A stretch of 47,041 bases of DNA from a virus. Taxonomy: Duplodnaviria > Heunggongvirae > Uroviricota > Caudoviricetes. The stretch is taken from the IMG/VR virus record IMGVR_UViG_2541047923_000007, one strand, 5' to 3'. Made by a program: the position numbers and the translations under genes. The notes below the pieces were generated by a model. That model made no database searches. It was not told the DNA's origin and worked only from the letters and a program-made list of their open reading frames with translations. Positions 1-13,478 of the stretch are shown piece after piece; positions within the stretch are counted from its first letter, which is position 1, and each line of letters opens with the position of its first letter.

Positions 1-1284
1 TTACAGACTTCTGGACGGTTGCGCAGCTCTTACAACATGTGGTTGATCTTCTGCGGCGTCTTCCAGCGCACTTAAATCACGGTCTTTCACTTCTGGCATT
101 TTCAGCGCAGAGATTAAACCAATCACAGAATATGCCATGATCATAATGGCGATCGGATACCAGGATTCCGTCATGGTGCAGAAAATCCCCGCCAGGATAG
201 GACCAAAACCGGAAGCGATAAGACCACCAATTTCTTTAGAAATAGCCATTCGGGTAAAGCGGTTTTTACAGCCGAACATTTCTGCCATGGTAATGTTTTC
301 CAGAGCAAATAATCCCAGCACCGCACAGTTATGAATCACAATCAGTGCAACCATAATGGTGCTCGGGGCATAGCTTTTATCTACGATGATAGAAAGCATT
401 GGCCACGCCAGCACAATCGCAGAGGTATTCATAATAATATACGGGATCCGGCGACCAATTTTATCGGATAACCAACCAAGGAACGGAATGGTCATAAAGC
501 CGAGAATCGAACTGATCATCAATGCATCTGTTGGAATTGCTTTGTTAAACAATAACGTCTGCACTAAATAGCCTGCAAGGAAAGTCTGAATTAAACCTGA
601 GTTACCAGCCTGACCAAAACGCAGCCCTGTTGCCAGCCAGAAGGATTTGCTCTGGAACATGCTACCAGCAGGTGCAGGTTTTGCTGTCGGTTGGTTGCTG
701 TCGTTAACCTTCTCAAAGACCGGGCTTTCTTTCAGATTCATACGCAACCAGATAGCAAAGACCATCACGACAACGCTCGCCAGGAAAGGTATACGCCATC
801 CCCACGCCAGCAGTTCCTCTTTACTGAGAATGAAGAACATAAAGGCCCAGATTGCCGTTGCGCTCAAGGTTCCGCAGTTAGTTCCCATAGCCACAAATGA
901 GGAGATAATTCCGCGCTTACCTTTTGGCGCATATTCCGCCAGCATCGTACCGGCACCGGAAATTTCCGCACCTGCACCCAACCCCTGAATAATACGCAGC
1001 GTCACCAGCAAGATGGGGGCAAAAACACCAATTTGTGCATAAGTCGGTAACACACCAATTAAGGTGGTACAGATCCCCATCATGGTGATGGTAATAAAGA
1101 GCACTTTTTTACGCCCTATTCTGTCGCCCATTTTGCCGAAAATAAATGCTCCGACAATACGTGCCACATAACCTGCACCATAGGTTCCCATTGCCAGAAT
1201 TAACGCCATTGCCGTTGATGATTCAGGAAAAAATATTTCATGAAACACTAACGCTGCGCCGAGCGAATATAACTGGAAGTCCAT
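1..1284 (-). CDS. ydfJ: MFS metabolite:H+ symporter (ShiA/KgtP family), apparently lacking about 35 N-terminal residues
   Basis: 427-aa ORF with MFS motifs (GxLxDRxGRKK, 12-TM pattern); alignment to remembered ShiA starts around residue 36, consistent with interruption by the prophage. Confidence 0.7.
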   Translation of the reverse strand: MDFQLYSLGAALVFHEIFFPESSTAMALILAMGTYGAGYVARIVGAFIFGKMGDRIGRKKVLFITITMMGICTTLIGVLPTYAQIGVFAPILLVTLRIIQGLGAGAEISGAGTMLAEYAPKGKRGIISSFVAMGTNCGTLSATAIWAFMFFILSKEELLAWGWRIPFLASVVVMVFAIWLRMNLKESPVFEKVNDSNQPTAKPAPAGSMFQSKSFWLATGLRFGQAGNSGLIQTFLAGYLVQTLLFNKAIPTDALMISSILGFMTIPFLGWLSDKIGRRIPYIIMNTSAIVLAWPMLSIIVDKSYAPSTIMVALIVIHNCAVLGLFALENITMAEMFGCKNRFTRMAISKEIGGLIASGFGPILAGIFCTMTESWYPIAIMIMAYSVIGLISALKMPEVKDRDLSALEDAAEDQPHVVRAAQPSRSL

Positions 1285-1888
1285 AATTCACAGGTGTTTT
1301 TTCCCATCCTGTGGTTTCCTTGGCGTTTTCTAGGTTTTTTCAGATAGTTGCATTTTTTAAAAAGCATCCTAAGTTCGATCTCAGTGTCTATCTGGGGCCT
1401 ATTTCTGTCCCATATATGCCCCAAAAAAAACTCCCCAACAGATAAGTAGTTTTTTCATGGATTTATGCGTAAAATCAAGAACGGCTGGAAATCATTCAAT
1501 ACTCACACTATCGAAAAATTTACCAGCCAACCGCAGCACGTTCTTGCATAAGGCGTGTCTGCGGTTTTTCAACTATTCAGATACATCACTCCCATCACAT
1601 TCATTCCTCCGCATCAAAGGCATATAGGCTATATCACCTTGATATTTTTCTTTTTCAGATAAAAACTGTTATCTATGTATACTTTTAAACCCAATCCGTG
1701 TAGAGTCTCTGCATAAGATAGTTTACAGTTGCCGCTTCAGCTTGCGCCATAAACCGCCTGATTTTTGCTGCCACCTGTTAGCATTCCTGTATACCTGAAA
1801 CGACAATGTTTATCTACGAACTTTAAGAACACCCAAGATAAAAATTGTCAACTATATCATATATAACACATTACTAATTCGAGGCTAT

Positions 1889-2002
1889 ATGAACAGCATA
1901 CTGATAATCACATCTCTCCTTATCATATTCAGCATTTTTAGTCATGCCCTAATAAAATTAGGGATTGGCATATCCAATAACCCAGACAAAACCGATGTAT
2001 AA
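1889..2002 (+). CDS. Candidate small hydrophobic peptide (37 aa)
   Basis: ATG preceded by GAGG at 4-nt spacing; translation [37 protein letters not shown]; below the ORF-track size cutoff. Confidence 0.25.
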
Positions 2003-2070
2003 GTCAACATATCCTGAATCAGACATACAATATCGCAATGAAAATCAATAATATTTTAAGGAATATCTTC

Positions 2071-2304
2071 ATGAAATCAAAAGACACCCTAAAGTGGTTC
2101 CCTGCGCAGCTTCCTGAAGTAAGAATTATCCTAGGGGATGCTGTAGTGGAAGTAGCAAAACAGGGAAGACCTATCAATACCAGAACATTGCTTGATTACA
2201 TTGAAGGAAACATAAAGAAAAAATCATGGCTGGATAACAAAGAATTATTACAAACAGCGATATCAGTTCTTAAAGACAACCAAAATTTAAATGGTAAAAT
2301 GTAA
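2071..2304 (+). CDS. ydfK: Prophage cold-shock-associated protein YdfK/YnaE family
   Basis: 77-aa product MKSKDTLKWFPAQLPEVRIILGD... matches remembered K-12 YdfK; AAGGA Shine-Dalgarno 8 nt upstream. Confidence 0.8.
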   Translation: MKSKDTLKWFPAQLPEVRIILGDAVVEVAKQGRPINTRTLLDYIEGNIKKKSWLDNKELLQTAISVLKDNQNLNGKM

Positions 2305-2620
2305 TATAATAAACTTACTTTTTTATCATTTTTCCACTTTAACAACATTTTGCTCCACTTTTCCACGACCAAACAACTTGAAATCTGGTTAAAATAACAC
2401 GCAACACTATTCTTCTTCCTTGAGTCCGCCCGGAACTCGAAAAACAAACCGAGTTAAAGCCTTTTTTCACAAAATCGATTTTGGGTCTCACCAAAATTAC
2501 GGGGTTGCATACGCATTCGTTTATTTTCGAACGTGTACATACAAATATGCACAAAAATAATCATAATTATTTTCTGAGATGCATTATGATATGAACACCA
2601 ATTTCGTATAGAGTCTCACT

Positions 2621-3211
2621 ATGTCTCGAATTTTTGCTTACTGTCGGATATCAACGCTGGATCAGACCACCGAAAATCAACGCCGGGAAATCGAAAGTGC
2701 AGGTTTTAAAATCAAACCTCAGCAAATAATCGAAGAACACATTAGCGGCTCAGCAGCAACCAGTGAGCGTCCAGGTTTTAACCGGTTGCTTGCTCGCCTG
2801 AAATGTGGTGATCAATTGATTGTGACAAAACTGGATCGCCTTGGTTGTAATGCAATGGATATCAGGAAAACAGTGGAACAACTGACCGAAACAGGTATCA
2901 GAGTGCATTGCTTAGCATTGGGTGGCATTGACCTGACCAGTCCAACAGGAAAAATGATGATGCAAGTAATTTCAGCAGTCGCTGAATTTGAACGAGACCT
3001 TTTACTTGAACGCACTCATTCCGGGATAGTAAGAGCCCGCGGCGCAGGGAAACGTTTTGGTCGACCACCTGTGTTAAATGAAGAACAGAAACAGGTGGTA
3101 TTCGAACGAATTAAGTCAGGTGTAAGTATAAGTGCCATTGCCCGGGAATTCAAAACCTCGCGGCAAACCATTTTAAGAGCCAAAGCAAAACTTCAGACAC
3201 CTGACATATAA
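2621..3211 (+). CDS. pin: Serine DNA invertase (Pin/Hin/Gin family)
   Basis: 196 aa; N-terminal catalytic motif YCRISTLDQ and C-terminal HTH; sits beside tfa/stf as pinQ/pinR do. Confidence 0.9.
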
Positions 3212-3308
3212 AAAATAATCTCGGTGTGAGATGCTTTACGTCTTCCAAGCCCCCTTCCTTGCCGTAAATGGAAAGATACATCTAATTATAGAATTTATAT
3301 GTTTTACC

Positions 3309-3884
3309 CTACGGCAGTGCTGGCCATTCAATATCCTGTGCAGTTGACGTATCAACACGGTTCAGCAATACCCGATACTTTTTCCATGCTTCCAGCAACG
3401 AGATTTCTTCCTCCGTTGCAATTTCCAGATCTGCAGCATCCTGAAGCGGCGCAATATGCTCACTGGCTACCTGCATCAGGTTGTTTTTTGTTTCTTCCGC
3501 CTCCCGGATCCGGAACAGTTTTTCTGCTTCCGTATCCTTCACCCAGGCTGTGCCGTTCCACTTCTGAAACTCCCCTTCCGGCGATAACCAGGTAACATTT
3601 TCCGGTAACGGACCGAGTTCAGAAATAAATAACGCGTCGCCGGAAGCCACGTCATAAACCGTTTTACCCCGATGATCTTCAACGAGATGCCACGATGACT
3701 CATCACTGTTGAAAACAGCCACGAAGCCAGCCGGAATATCTGGCGGTGCAATATCGGTACTGTTTGCTGGCAGACCTGTATGAGGCGGAATATATGCATC
3801 ACCTTCACCAATAAATTCATTAGTTCCGGCCAGCAGATTATAAATTTTTATGGTCCGTGGTTGTTCACTCATTCTGAATGCCAT
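3309..3884 (-). CDS. tfa: Tail fiber assembly protein Tfa
   Basis: 191 aa, near-identical to remembered lambda Tfa ([24 protein letters not shown]...). Confidence 0.9.
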
Positions 3885-6800
3885 TATGCAAGCCTCACAA
3901 TATAGTTAAATGCGATGTTTTTGACGGTGTTTTCCGCGTTACCAGCAGCGTTAACGGTGATGGTGTGTCCATGTGAACCAATCGCAACGGAGTGCGTATG
4001 AGCACCAATACCGACAGTATGCGCGTGTGCACCTGCAGATGCTGCTGTGCCGGACAGTGAGTGGCTATGATTACCATCTGTACTGGTATTAGCTAACCAC
4101 CCCGTAGACATACCTACTGAGCCTTGTACACCCCAGGTATTTTGACCTGAGCTTGTATAACCATATTGATAAGTATCTTTAAAAACACTGGGGTTAAATC
4201 GACGGCCATCTCTATGGCTGTGATTACCAGCTGCATTCGTGCTGCCACTTAAACTATGGGTATGCGCACCAGTGTTATTCGTGGATTTAGTGCCGTAATC
4301 AAACGACGATGTGGTTTTCGTCCCCAAATCCGTACTGGATGCGCTGGCGCTGTGGGTATGCGATTTAATGCCGTCCTGTTCCTGAGACAATACGGCCCGA
4401 CCACTGGTAGGTTTGCCCTTAATCGTCCAGCCACGCATATCAGGGATCACGCCTGACGGATAAGCCGCTGCAAGTTTCGGGTATGCAGATTTGTCAAAAA
4501 TCTGCCCCTGCATCAGGGCATAGCCAGACGGAACGGTATCTGATGGCCACGGGATTGGTGCACCGACTGGATAAAACTCTGCAGGAGGATGAGCCGAGGT
4601 GTAAAGCTGCGCCCACGGCGACCAGTTTGCGTCGGTCGTATCCCGTCGTGAACGAATAAATGCCGGAGCATGAGCACCGCTTGTACCACTCCAGCCGATG
4701 AGTAACTCACCTTCGCCAACGGCTGTCATCCCTTTCAGGTGAATGATATTTCCATACGCTGTTGGATATCCGTTGTTATACACCTCGTATAACTCAAGAC
4801 CTGTTGCCCCCTGCGTATTGTCTGTCAGCGCGGTTACCCGACCTTTTGAAGACAGATTAACTGATGATACTGCTGTTCCACCTGACGGTAACGCCCCGAT
4901 CTCTGATGCCGTTGGCTTATTTCTGGAGTTATAGTCCCTTCGCCAGCCAGGTGAATAATCTGTTCCGTGATTAATATAGGTAAACTGGGCGTTAGTTGTT
5001 CCACCACCAGTGGAGGTGGTCGGTGTGGTAATGCGGATCGTCATCGCTGATTTTATCCCCATTACTTCAATGACAGCTCCGGCGAGATGAATATTACCGC
5101 AGTCAGTATCAGTAATGATTTTATTATTGCCATAAGACCAGGAACCCTTGCACATCCAGTAGGGATGGTTAAATGCTCCCTGAGAATCCAGCCACTCGAT
5201 AAACTGTGCAGTCGTCCAGTTTCCTGTTATTGTGCTTACTGACCCACCAAAGGCACGGCAGGCACCAATATTTTTCGTAAAGGTGTCTTTGCCAGGGATA
5301 TCCGCACCGTTCTGATCTTTCTGCAGACGTTTCTCAGCATTGTCATAGGCTGTTTTTACTGCCTTTGGTGTCGCGGCAAGCGTTTCAGACGTGCTGTTGG
5401 TCGCGCTGCTTAGCTGGATTATCCCTTTCTGTGCTGTCGTTGCATCCTGTGCGGTGTATTTCCCGTTAGCCAGGTCATACGCGGCCTTAACGGCTTTTGG
5501 TGTTGCCGCCAGTGACTCGGAAGTGCTGTTAGTCGCACTACTGAGCTGTACTATCCCCTTTTTCGTCGTGCTCGCATCCTCAAGCGCCACAGCGGATGCA
5601 ATATCCTCTGCCCGTTTTGCTGCTGTCTCGGCGCGCGTTGCTGCGGATTCTGCCGTACTCTTGCTCTGTGCTGCCGCCGTCGCACTGCCAGCAGCCTCTG
5701 TTGCCTTCGTGGATGCCGTCGTGGCGCTGCCCTTCGCTGCTGACGCTTGTCTGGTCGCCTCATCTTTTGAAGCAGACGCCGATGAGGCCGATGACGCCGC
5801 CGAACTGGCGGACGATGCGGCAGCCGTTTTTGAGGATTCTGCGCTGGTTTCCGACGCTTTCGCGTTCGTTTCGGATGTCTTCGCTGCGGAAGCTGACCTC
5901 GCTGCTGCGCTGGCCTGTTCAGTGGCTTCGCCAGCCTTCGTTGTGGCTGTTGAAGCGGATGATGCGGCGCTTTCTGCCGATTTTCCGGCGGCGATGGCAC
6001 TGGCTGAGGCCTGCCCGGCACTTGTTGACGCGGCACTGGCAGACGACGCAGCCGCTGTTTTTGAGCCTGCCGCAGCTGAGGCGCTCTGTCCCGCTGCCGT
6101 CTCAGAAGACCTGGCGTTCGTCTCGGACGTTTTTGCCGCCTTCGCGGAATTTCCTGCCGCTGTTGCCGAGGAAGCTGCGCTACTGGCGCTCGAGGATGCG
6201 TTCGTTTCTGATGATTTTGCCGCCTCTTTTGAAGCCGCCGCATCCCGGGCTGAGGTGGCAGCTTCTGACGCTTTCGTGGTCGCGGTGGATGCAGAAGTGG
6301 CTGCTGATTGTTGTGACGCTGCCGCATTCGTTTCTGACGTTTTCGCGGCACTGGCACTGGTAGCTGCCGCGCTTTTTGAGGACTCTGCAGCGGCAGCACT
6401 TTTTGATGCTTCAGTGGCCTTTGTTGATGCCGTTCCTGCGCTGGAAGACGCTGACTGAGCCGACGAAGCGGCCTGTCCGGCTGACGTGCTGGCTGCGCGT
6501 GCTGAGCCTGTAGCATCAGTCGCATGGGTTGCCGCCTCACGGGCAGATGTGCCGGCATCGCCGGCTGACTTCTTCGCGACTGCCGTGTTCTGTGCCACCA
6601 CGGACGCGTTACGCGCCACCTCTTCCACCATCAGTTCAAAACGGCGCAGTGCCTCCGGACGGGCATCATCCTCCGTCATGGCACCGAGAAAATCATTCAG
6701 CGTACCGGGTCGGGAATCTTCATACACGGTGATGGTCCCGGCATGTGACGGCGGGAATCCCTCCACCAACAGAATAACGCTGTACTGCCCGTACTCAACG

Positions 6801-6955
6801 TCCATGCTGTAACGCCCGGCTTCATCCGGATTTTCTGAGGCCAGCGTGTTCACCACCACCGTGGTACTGTTACGTTTTGCTTTCAGCTGGATTGTGCAGT
6901 TCTGTACCGGTTTTCCTGTGCCGTCTTTCAGTACACCTGAAATCTTTACTGCCAT
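3884..6955 (-). CDS. stf: Side tail fiber protein Stf with long Ala/Ser/Thr-rich repeat region and HxH-rich C-terminus
   Basis: N-terminus [26 protein letters not shown] as in lambda Stf; ATG at 6953-6955 (ORF-track start at 6961 is a GTG); repeated KTSETNA and KAVKxAYD units. Confidence 0.9.
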
Positions 6956-6964
6956 ATTCACCCC

Positions 6965-6992
6965 ACAAAAAAGCCCGCCTGAACCGGCGGGC
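6965..6992 (-). terminator. Rho-independent terminator downstream of lom
   Basis: Minus-strand hairpin GCCCGCC-ggttca-GGCGGGC followed by UUUUUU. Confidence 0.55.
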
Positions 6993-7019
6993 TGTCATAA
7001 CACTGTGTTACCTGGCTAA

Positions 7020-7619
7020 TCAGAATTTATAACCGACACCCACGATGAAACCGTCAGTGCGCCAGTCGCCACTGCCGGAACCTTCATAAGCGACATCAAT
7101 GGCCACGGACTCGGTCGGGTTAAACTGCACGCCAGCCCCCCACGCCAGAGACGTGTTGCTGTGGCGACCGTCATCACTTCCGGTTAGCACATCGTGCGTT
7201 TTCCCCTTATTGTCAGTTACGCGGAGATAATCCCCGGAGAAAGTCGACACACGGCTGTAAGCCATACCCGCCATCGCATACGCGCTGAACCATTCATTCA
7301 CGCGTACAGACGGCCCCGCCATCACGCTGAACCAGCGGTTACGCACGGAATCTTCATACCAGCGGGTATCGCTGTAACGGGTCAGCTGGCGATTCTTGTC
7401 TCCTGCATAGCTGAATGACGTCATCAGCCCCAGTGTGTCCGTAAACTCATAACGGTATTTCACGTTAATCCCGTTAAGATCATCGCTGCCGGGAACGTTC
7501 GTCGAGGCATGAAGATACCCCGCGCTCAGCGTGGACTGATGTTCAGATGCCCATGCAGGCGCACCGGATACGGCCAGACAAATGGCTGCGGAAAAAATGG
7601 CGGCATAAAGTTTACGCAT
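7020..7619 (-). CDS. lom: Outer membrane beta-barrel protein Lom (Ail/Lom family)
   Basis: 199 aa, signal peptide MRKLYAAIFSAAICLAVSGAPAWA, C-terminal ...GVGYKF; position after J as in lambda. Confidence 0.85.
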   Translation of the reverse strand: MRKLYAAIFSAAICLAVSGAPAWASEHQSTLSAGYLHASTNVPGSDDLNGINVKYRYEFTDTLGLMTSFSYAGDKNRQLTRYSDTRWYEDSVRNRWFSVMAGPSVRVNEWFSAYAMAGMAYSRVSTFSGDYLRVTDNKGKTHDVLTGSDDGRHSNTSLAWGAGVQFNPTESVAIDVAYEGSGSGDWRTDGFIVGVGYKF

Positions 7620-7642
7620 AATTACCTCTCGCTTTTCTGCAA

Positions 7643-7668
7643 TAAAAAAGGCACCATTTCTGGTGCCC
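7643..7668 (-). terminator. Rho-independent terminator between J and lom
   Basis: Minus-strand hairpin GGCACC-agaaat-GGTGCC followed by UUUUUU, then the lom RBS. Confidence 0.55.
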
Positions 7669-7963
7669 TTATATGGGTTATAACAATTTCAACGAATACT
7701 GATGCCGGAAGCGGCTTTTTTGGTCACAATCACCGTACAGTCGGTGATATTGCCTGCCCCCTGATTGCCTTTCTGGAAAATCTTAAACTCCAGAGTGACG
7801 CTACCACCACCACTAGGCATATCAATAACTGCACTGTAACTACCGGGAATGGCCCCTTTAGTTTCTCTGGATGCGATTAATACGCCGTTTTTGCGAACTT
7901 CAAAACCATAACCCGTGTATCGCGTGCCTCCTGGGTTATTTCCGCTCCCCGGATCGTCATACG

Positions 7964-11089
<3,126 letters not shown>

Positions 11090-11146
11090 TCACGCTCCAT
11101 AAACGACAAAACCGCCCGGAGGCGGTTTCACATAAAACGTTTTTCA

Positions 11147-11794
11147 TCAGCGACCAATCACCACAACCTGACCACCATCCCCTTCGTCTGCCGTGCTGAT
11201 CTCCTGAGAGACCACCCGCGACCCCACGCGCATTTCACCGTACAGAACGGGCAGAACATTGCCCTGGGCAACCATGTTATCCAGTGAGGAGAAATAGGTG
11301 TTCTGTTTGCCGTTATCTGTACTTGCTGCCGTGGGCGTCCTGGCTTTCGGTGCCAGCATCTGCGCCACTCCGCCCAGGATCATACTGGCCCCTGCCGCAT
11401 ACATGCCCGATACAGCCGCGGCACCCAGCCAGCCCACAGGGTTCCACCATGCCACCGCAATCAGCGCCGCCCCCAGCACCACCTGAAACACACCGCCACT
11501 TTTAGCTCCCGCCAGACGCGGCACGATGTGGATCACGGCACCATTTGCCAGCGGCTCATTAAGACGGGCAGACAATTCGGTTTCACCTGCATCACGCCCG
11601 GCAATGCGTACCTGGTACCAGCCGTCGCTCAGTTTCTGACGAAACGCCGGGATCTGCATGGCCAGCGCCCGGATGGCTTCGGACCCCGTTTTCACTCGAA
11701 GGTCGATGCGGCGGCCAAATCGTTGTAAATCCCCGTAAAGGCAGATGCGTGCCATGCCCGGTGACGCCAGAGGGAGTGTGTGCGTCGCTGCCAT
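11147..11794 (-). CDS. I: Tail assembly protein I
   Basis: 215 aa, lambda gpI-like; position between K and J. Confidence 0.8.
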   Translation of the reverse strand: MAATHTLPLASPGMARICLYGDLQRFGRRIDLRVKTGSEAIRALAMQIPAFRQKLSDGWYQVRIAGRDAGETELSARLNEPLANGAVIHIVPRLAGAKSGGVFQVVLGAALIAVAWWNPVGWLGAAAVSGMYAAGASMILGGVAQMLAPKARTPTAASTDNGKQNTYFSSLDNMVAQGNVLPVLYGEMRVGSRVVSQEISTADEGDGGQVVVIGR

Positions 11795-12435
11795 TTGTCG
11801 GTGTACCTCTCTCGTTTGCTCAGTTGTTCAGGAATATGGTGCAGCAGCTCGCCGTCACCACAGTAAATGGCGGCATGATTCGGCACCGATGAACCAAAAC
11901 AGCACAGCAGCACATCGCCCGGCTGCGCCGCTGACAACGGCACCTGATACAGCCCTGTAGCCTCCAGATTATCCAGATAGAGATTCTGACCGTTACGCCA
12001 CCAGTCATCCTCGCGATGAAAATCCGGCATCTCAATCCCCGCCAGATGGTAAGCATCCCGGAACAGCGTGTAACAGTCCGTCACCCCGTGCTCAAAGCGC
12101 CGCCCGGAAAGATGTGGCACACAGCGGAACTTGTGAATCGCCCCCCGGCAAACCAGCCACCACGGCAAATCACTCTGCACCTGCAGCCGCCGGTCGGTCT
12201 CACTCAGCCAGGGCAGACCACCGGGGTGACTGTGGACCAGCGCCACAATCTCACCCTGCATCTCTGCCCGCAGCCAGTCCTCCGGCGACATCCGGAAATA
12301 CTCCTCCGGCTCACCGGAGATATTCACGCAGGGAAAATATCTTTCCCCCTCCGGTGTTCTCACCACGAAGCCGCACGACTCCGCTGGCGCACATCGCCGG
12401 GCGTGCGCCAGAATCGCTGATTCTGTCTCTGTCAT
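11692..12435 (-). CDS. K: Tail assembly protein K (NlpC/P60 plus MPN-like)
   Basis: Lambda gpK-like ORF; ATG at 12433-12435 (ORF-track start 12444 is a GTG). Confidence 0.8.
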   Translation of the reverse strand: MTETESAILAHARRCAPAESCGFVVRTPEGERYFPCVNISGEPEEYFRMSPEDWLRAEMQGEIVALVHSHPGGLPWLSETDRRLQVQSDLPWWLVCRGAIHKFRCVPHLSGRRFEHGVTDCYTLFRDAYHLAGIEMPDFHREDDWWRNGQNLYLDNLEATGLYQVPLSAAQPGDVLLCCFGSSVPNHAAIYCGDGELLHHIPEQLSKRERYTDKWQRRTHSLWRHRAWHASAFTGIYNDLAAASTFE

Positions 12436-12440
12436 GGGAT

Positions 12441-13139
12441 TCACTGCGAAAGTTTGTTAATGGAAAGGAAGCCGCCAAAGTTGCCGACGTTATTGCGAAA
12501 CTTACAGCCGCTCAGGCATTTGCTGCATTTATCCTTCGTGATATCGGAGGTCGGCTGGTCATATTCATCCGCGACCGCCGGACCGTGATAACCGCACTCA
12601 TCACCGCGATAGGTCCAGGTGCAGGTATTAGCCAGCATGATGCGCCCCGGAAAAACAGCGCCGTCCGTTTCCGTCGGCGTGGACAGTACAAAAGAGGCAC
12701 TCACCGCGCTCAGTTCGCTGCACTGCTCGATGCGCCAGCGGCTGATCACCTCCTGCTCCGGATCGGCGTCACTGTTTCCGTTGACGAAGTTCACCGCATC
12801 CAGAAAACGGGCGTAAACCTTACGCCGGACCACCGTTCCTCCGACCAGACTCTGCAGGTCTTCCGCCATCCCGGTGACCATGCCGTGCAGGTTAGAAACC
12901 GTCAGTGTCGGACGGGCAGCACTGCCTTTGCCGTTCAGTTCAAATCCCGTCCCCTGAATGGGATACGCCTGATACTGTCGCCTCTGCCAAGTGACCGGCT
13001 CACCTTTATCGTTCTGCTCATTACAGAAAAAATAACGTTCTCCACCGACCACTGTCAGATCGATTTCCCAGAGCACCACCTGGGCTGACTGAGTGAGGCG
13101 TGTCGTCTCATGATGTGTTTCCTGTGGAATATCCTGCAT
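12441..13139 (-). CDS. L: Minor tail protein L
   Basis: 232 aa, same length and order as lambda gpL. Confidence 0.85.
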   Translation of the reverse strand: MQDIPQETHHETTRLTQSAQVVLWEIDLTVVGGERYFFCNEQNDKGEPVTWQRRQYQAYPIQGTGFELNGKGSAARPTLTVSNLHGMVTGMAEDLQSLVGGTVVRRKVYARFLDAVNFVNGNSDADPEQEVISRWRIEQCSELSAVSASFVLSTPTETDGAVFPGRIMLANTCTWTYRGDECGYHGPAVADEYDQPTSDITKDKCSKCLSGCKFRNNVGNFGGFLSINKLSQ

Positions 13140-13148
13140 CAGAGACTC

Positions 13149-13478
13149 CTATGCCACGACCTGTTCAAAATCTGCCGTTATGGTTACCCACAACGCCCCC
13201 ACGCTTGCCGACCATTTACGACAAACCACCCTGATCGGCTTCCAGTCATAAGGTGGCGTCCACTGAAATGCGCGGACGCCACCGTGCCGTTCCAGAAAGG
13301 CTTTTAAAGATGGGTGTTCACATTTACGAACACGTATCGTCACGCTGTAAATCGACAACTGGTTATTCAGTCCCGCCGCACGACGCTGTTCATAACCATC
13401 GCCCAGCTTCACTGTCACCACTTTCGGCTCTGATACCACATTCATATCCGGGCGCACTTTCCAGTGAAACGTCTCCAT
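13149..13478 (-). CDS. M: Minor tail protein M
   Basis: 109 aa, same length and order as lambda gpM. Confidence 0.85.
   Translation of the reverse strand: METFHWKVRPDMNVVSEPKVVTVKLGDGYEQRRAAGLNNQLSIYSVTIRVRKCEHPSLKAFLERHGGVRAFQWTPPYDWKPIRVVCRKWSASVGALWVTITADFEQVVA

Noticed and set aside
3299-3595. 98-aa plus-strand ORF opposite tfa, considered as an alternative tail-fibre or inversion partner
   Set aside because: Antisense to a well-supported tfa; Pro/Leu-rich with no homology.
5391-6558. Long plus- and minus-strand ORFs (355, 335 and 255 aa) rich in Ala, Arg, Pro or Leu
   Set aside because: They lie in alternative frames or antisense within the GC-rich repeat region of stf and have extreme low-complexity composition; artefacts of the Stf repeat array.
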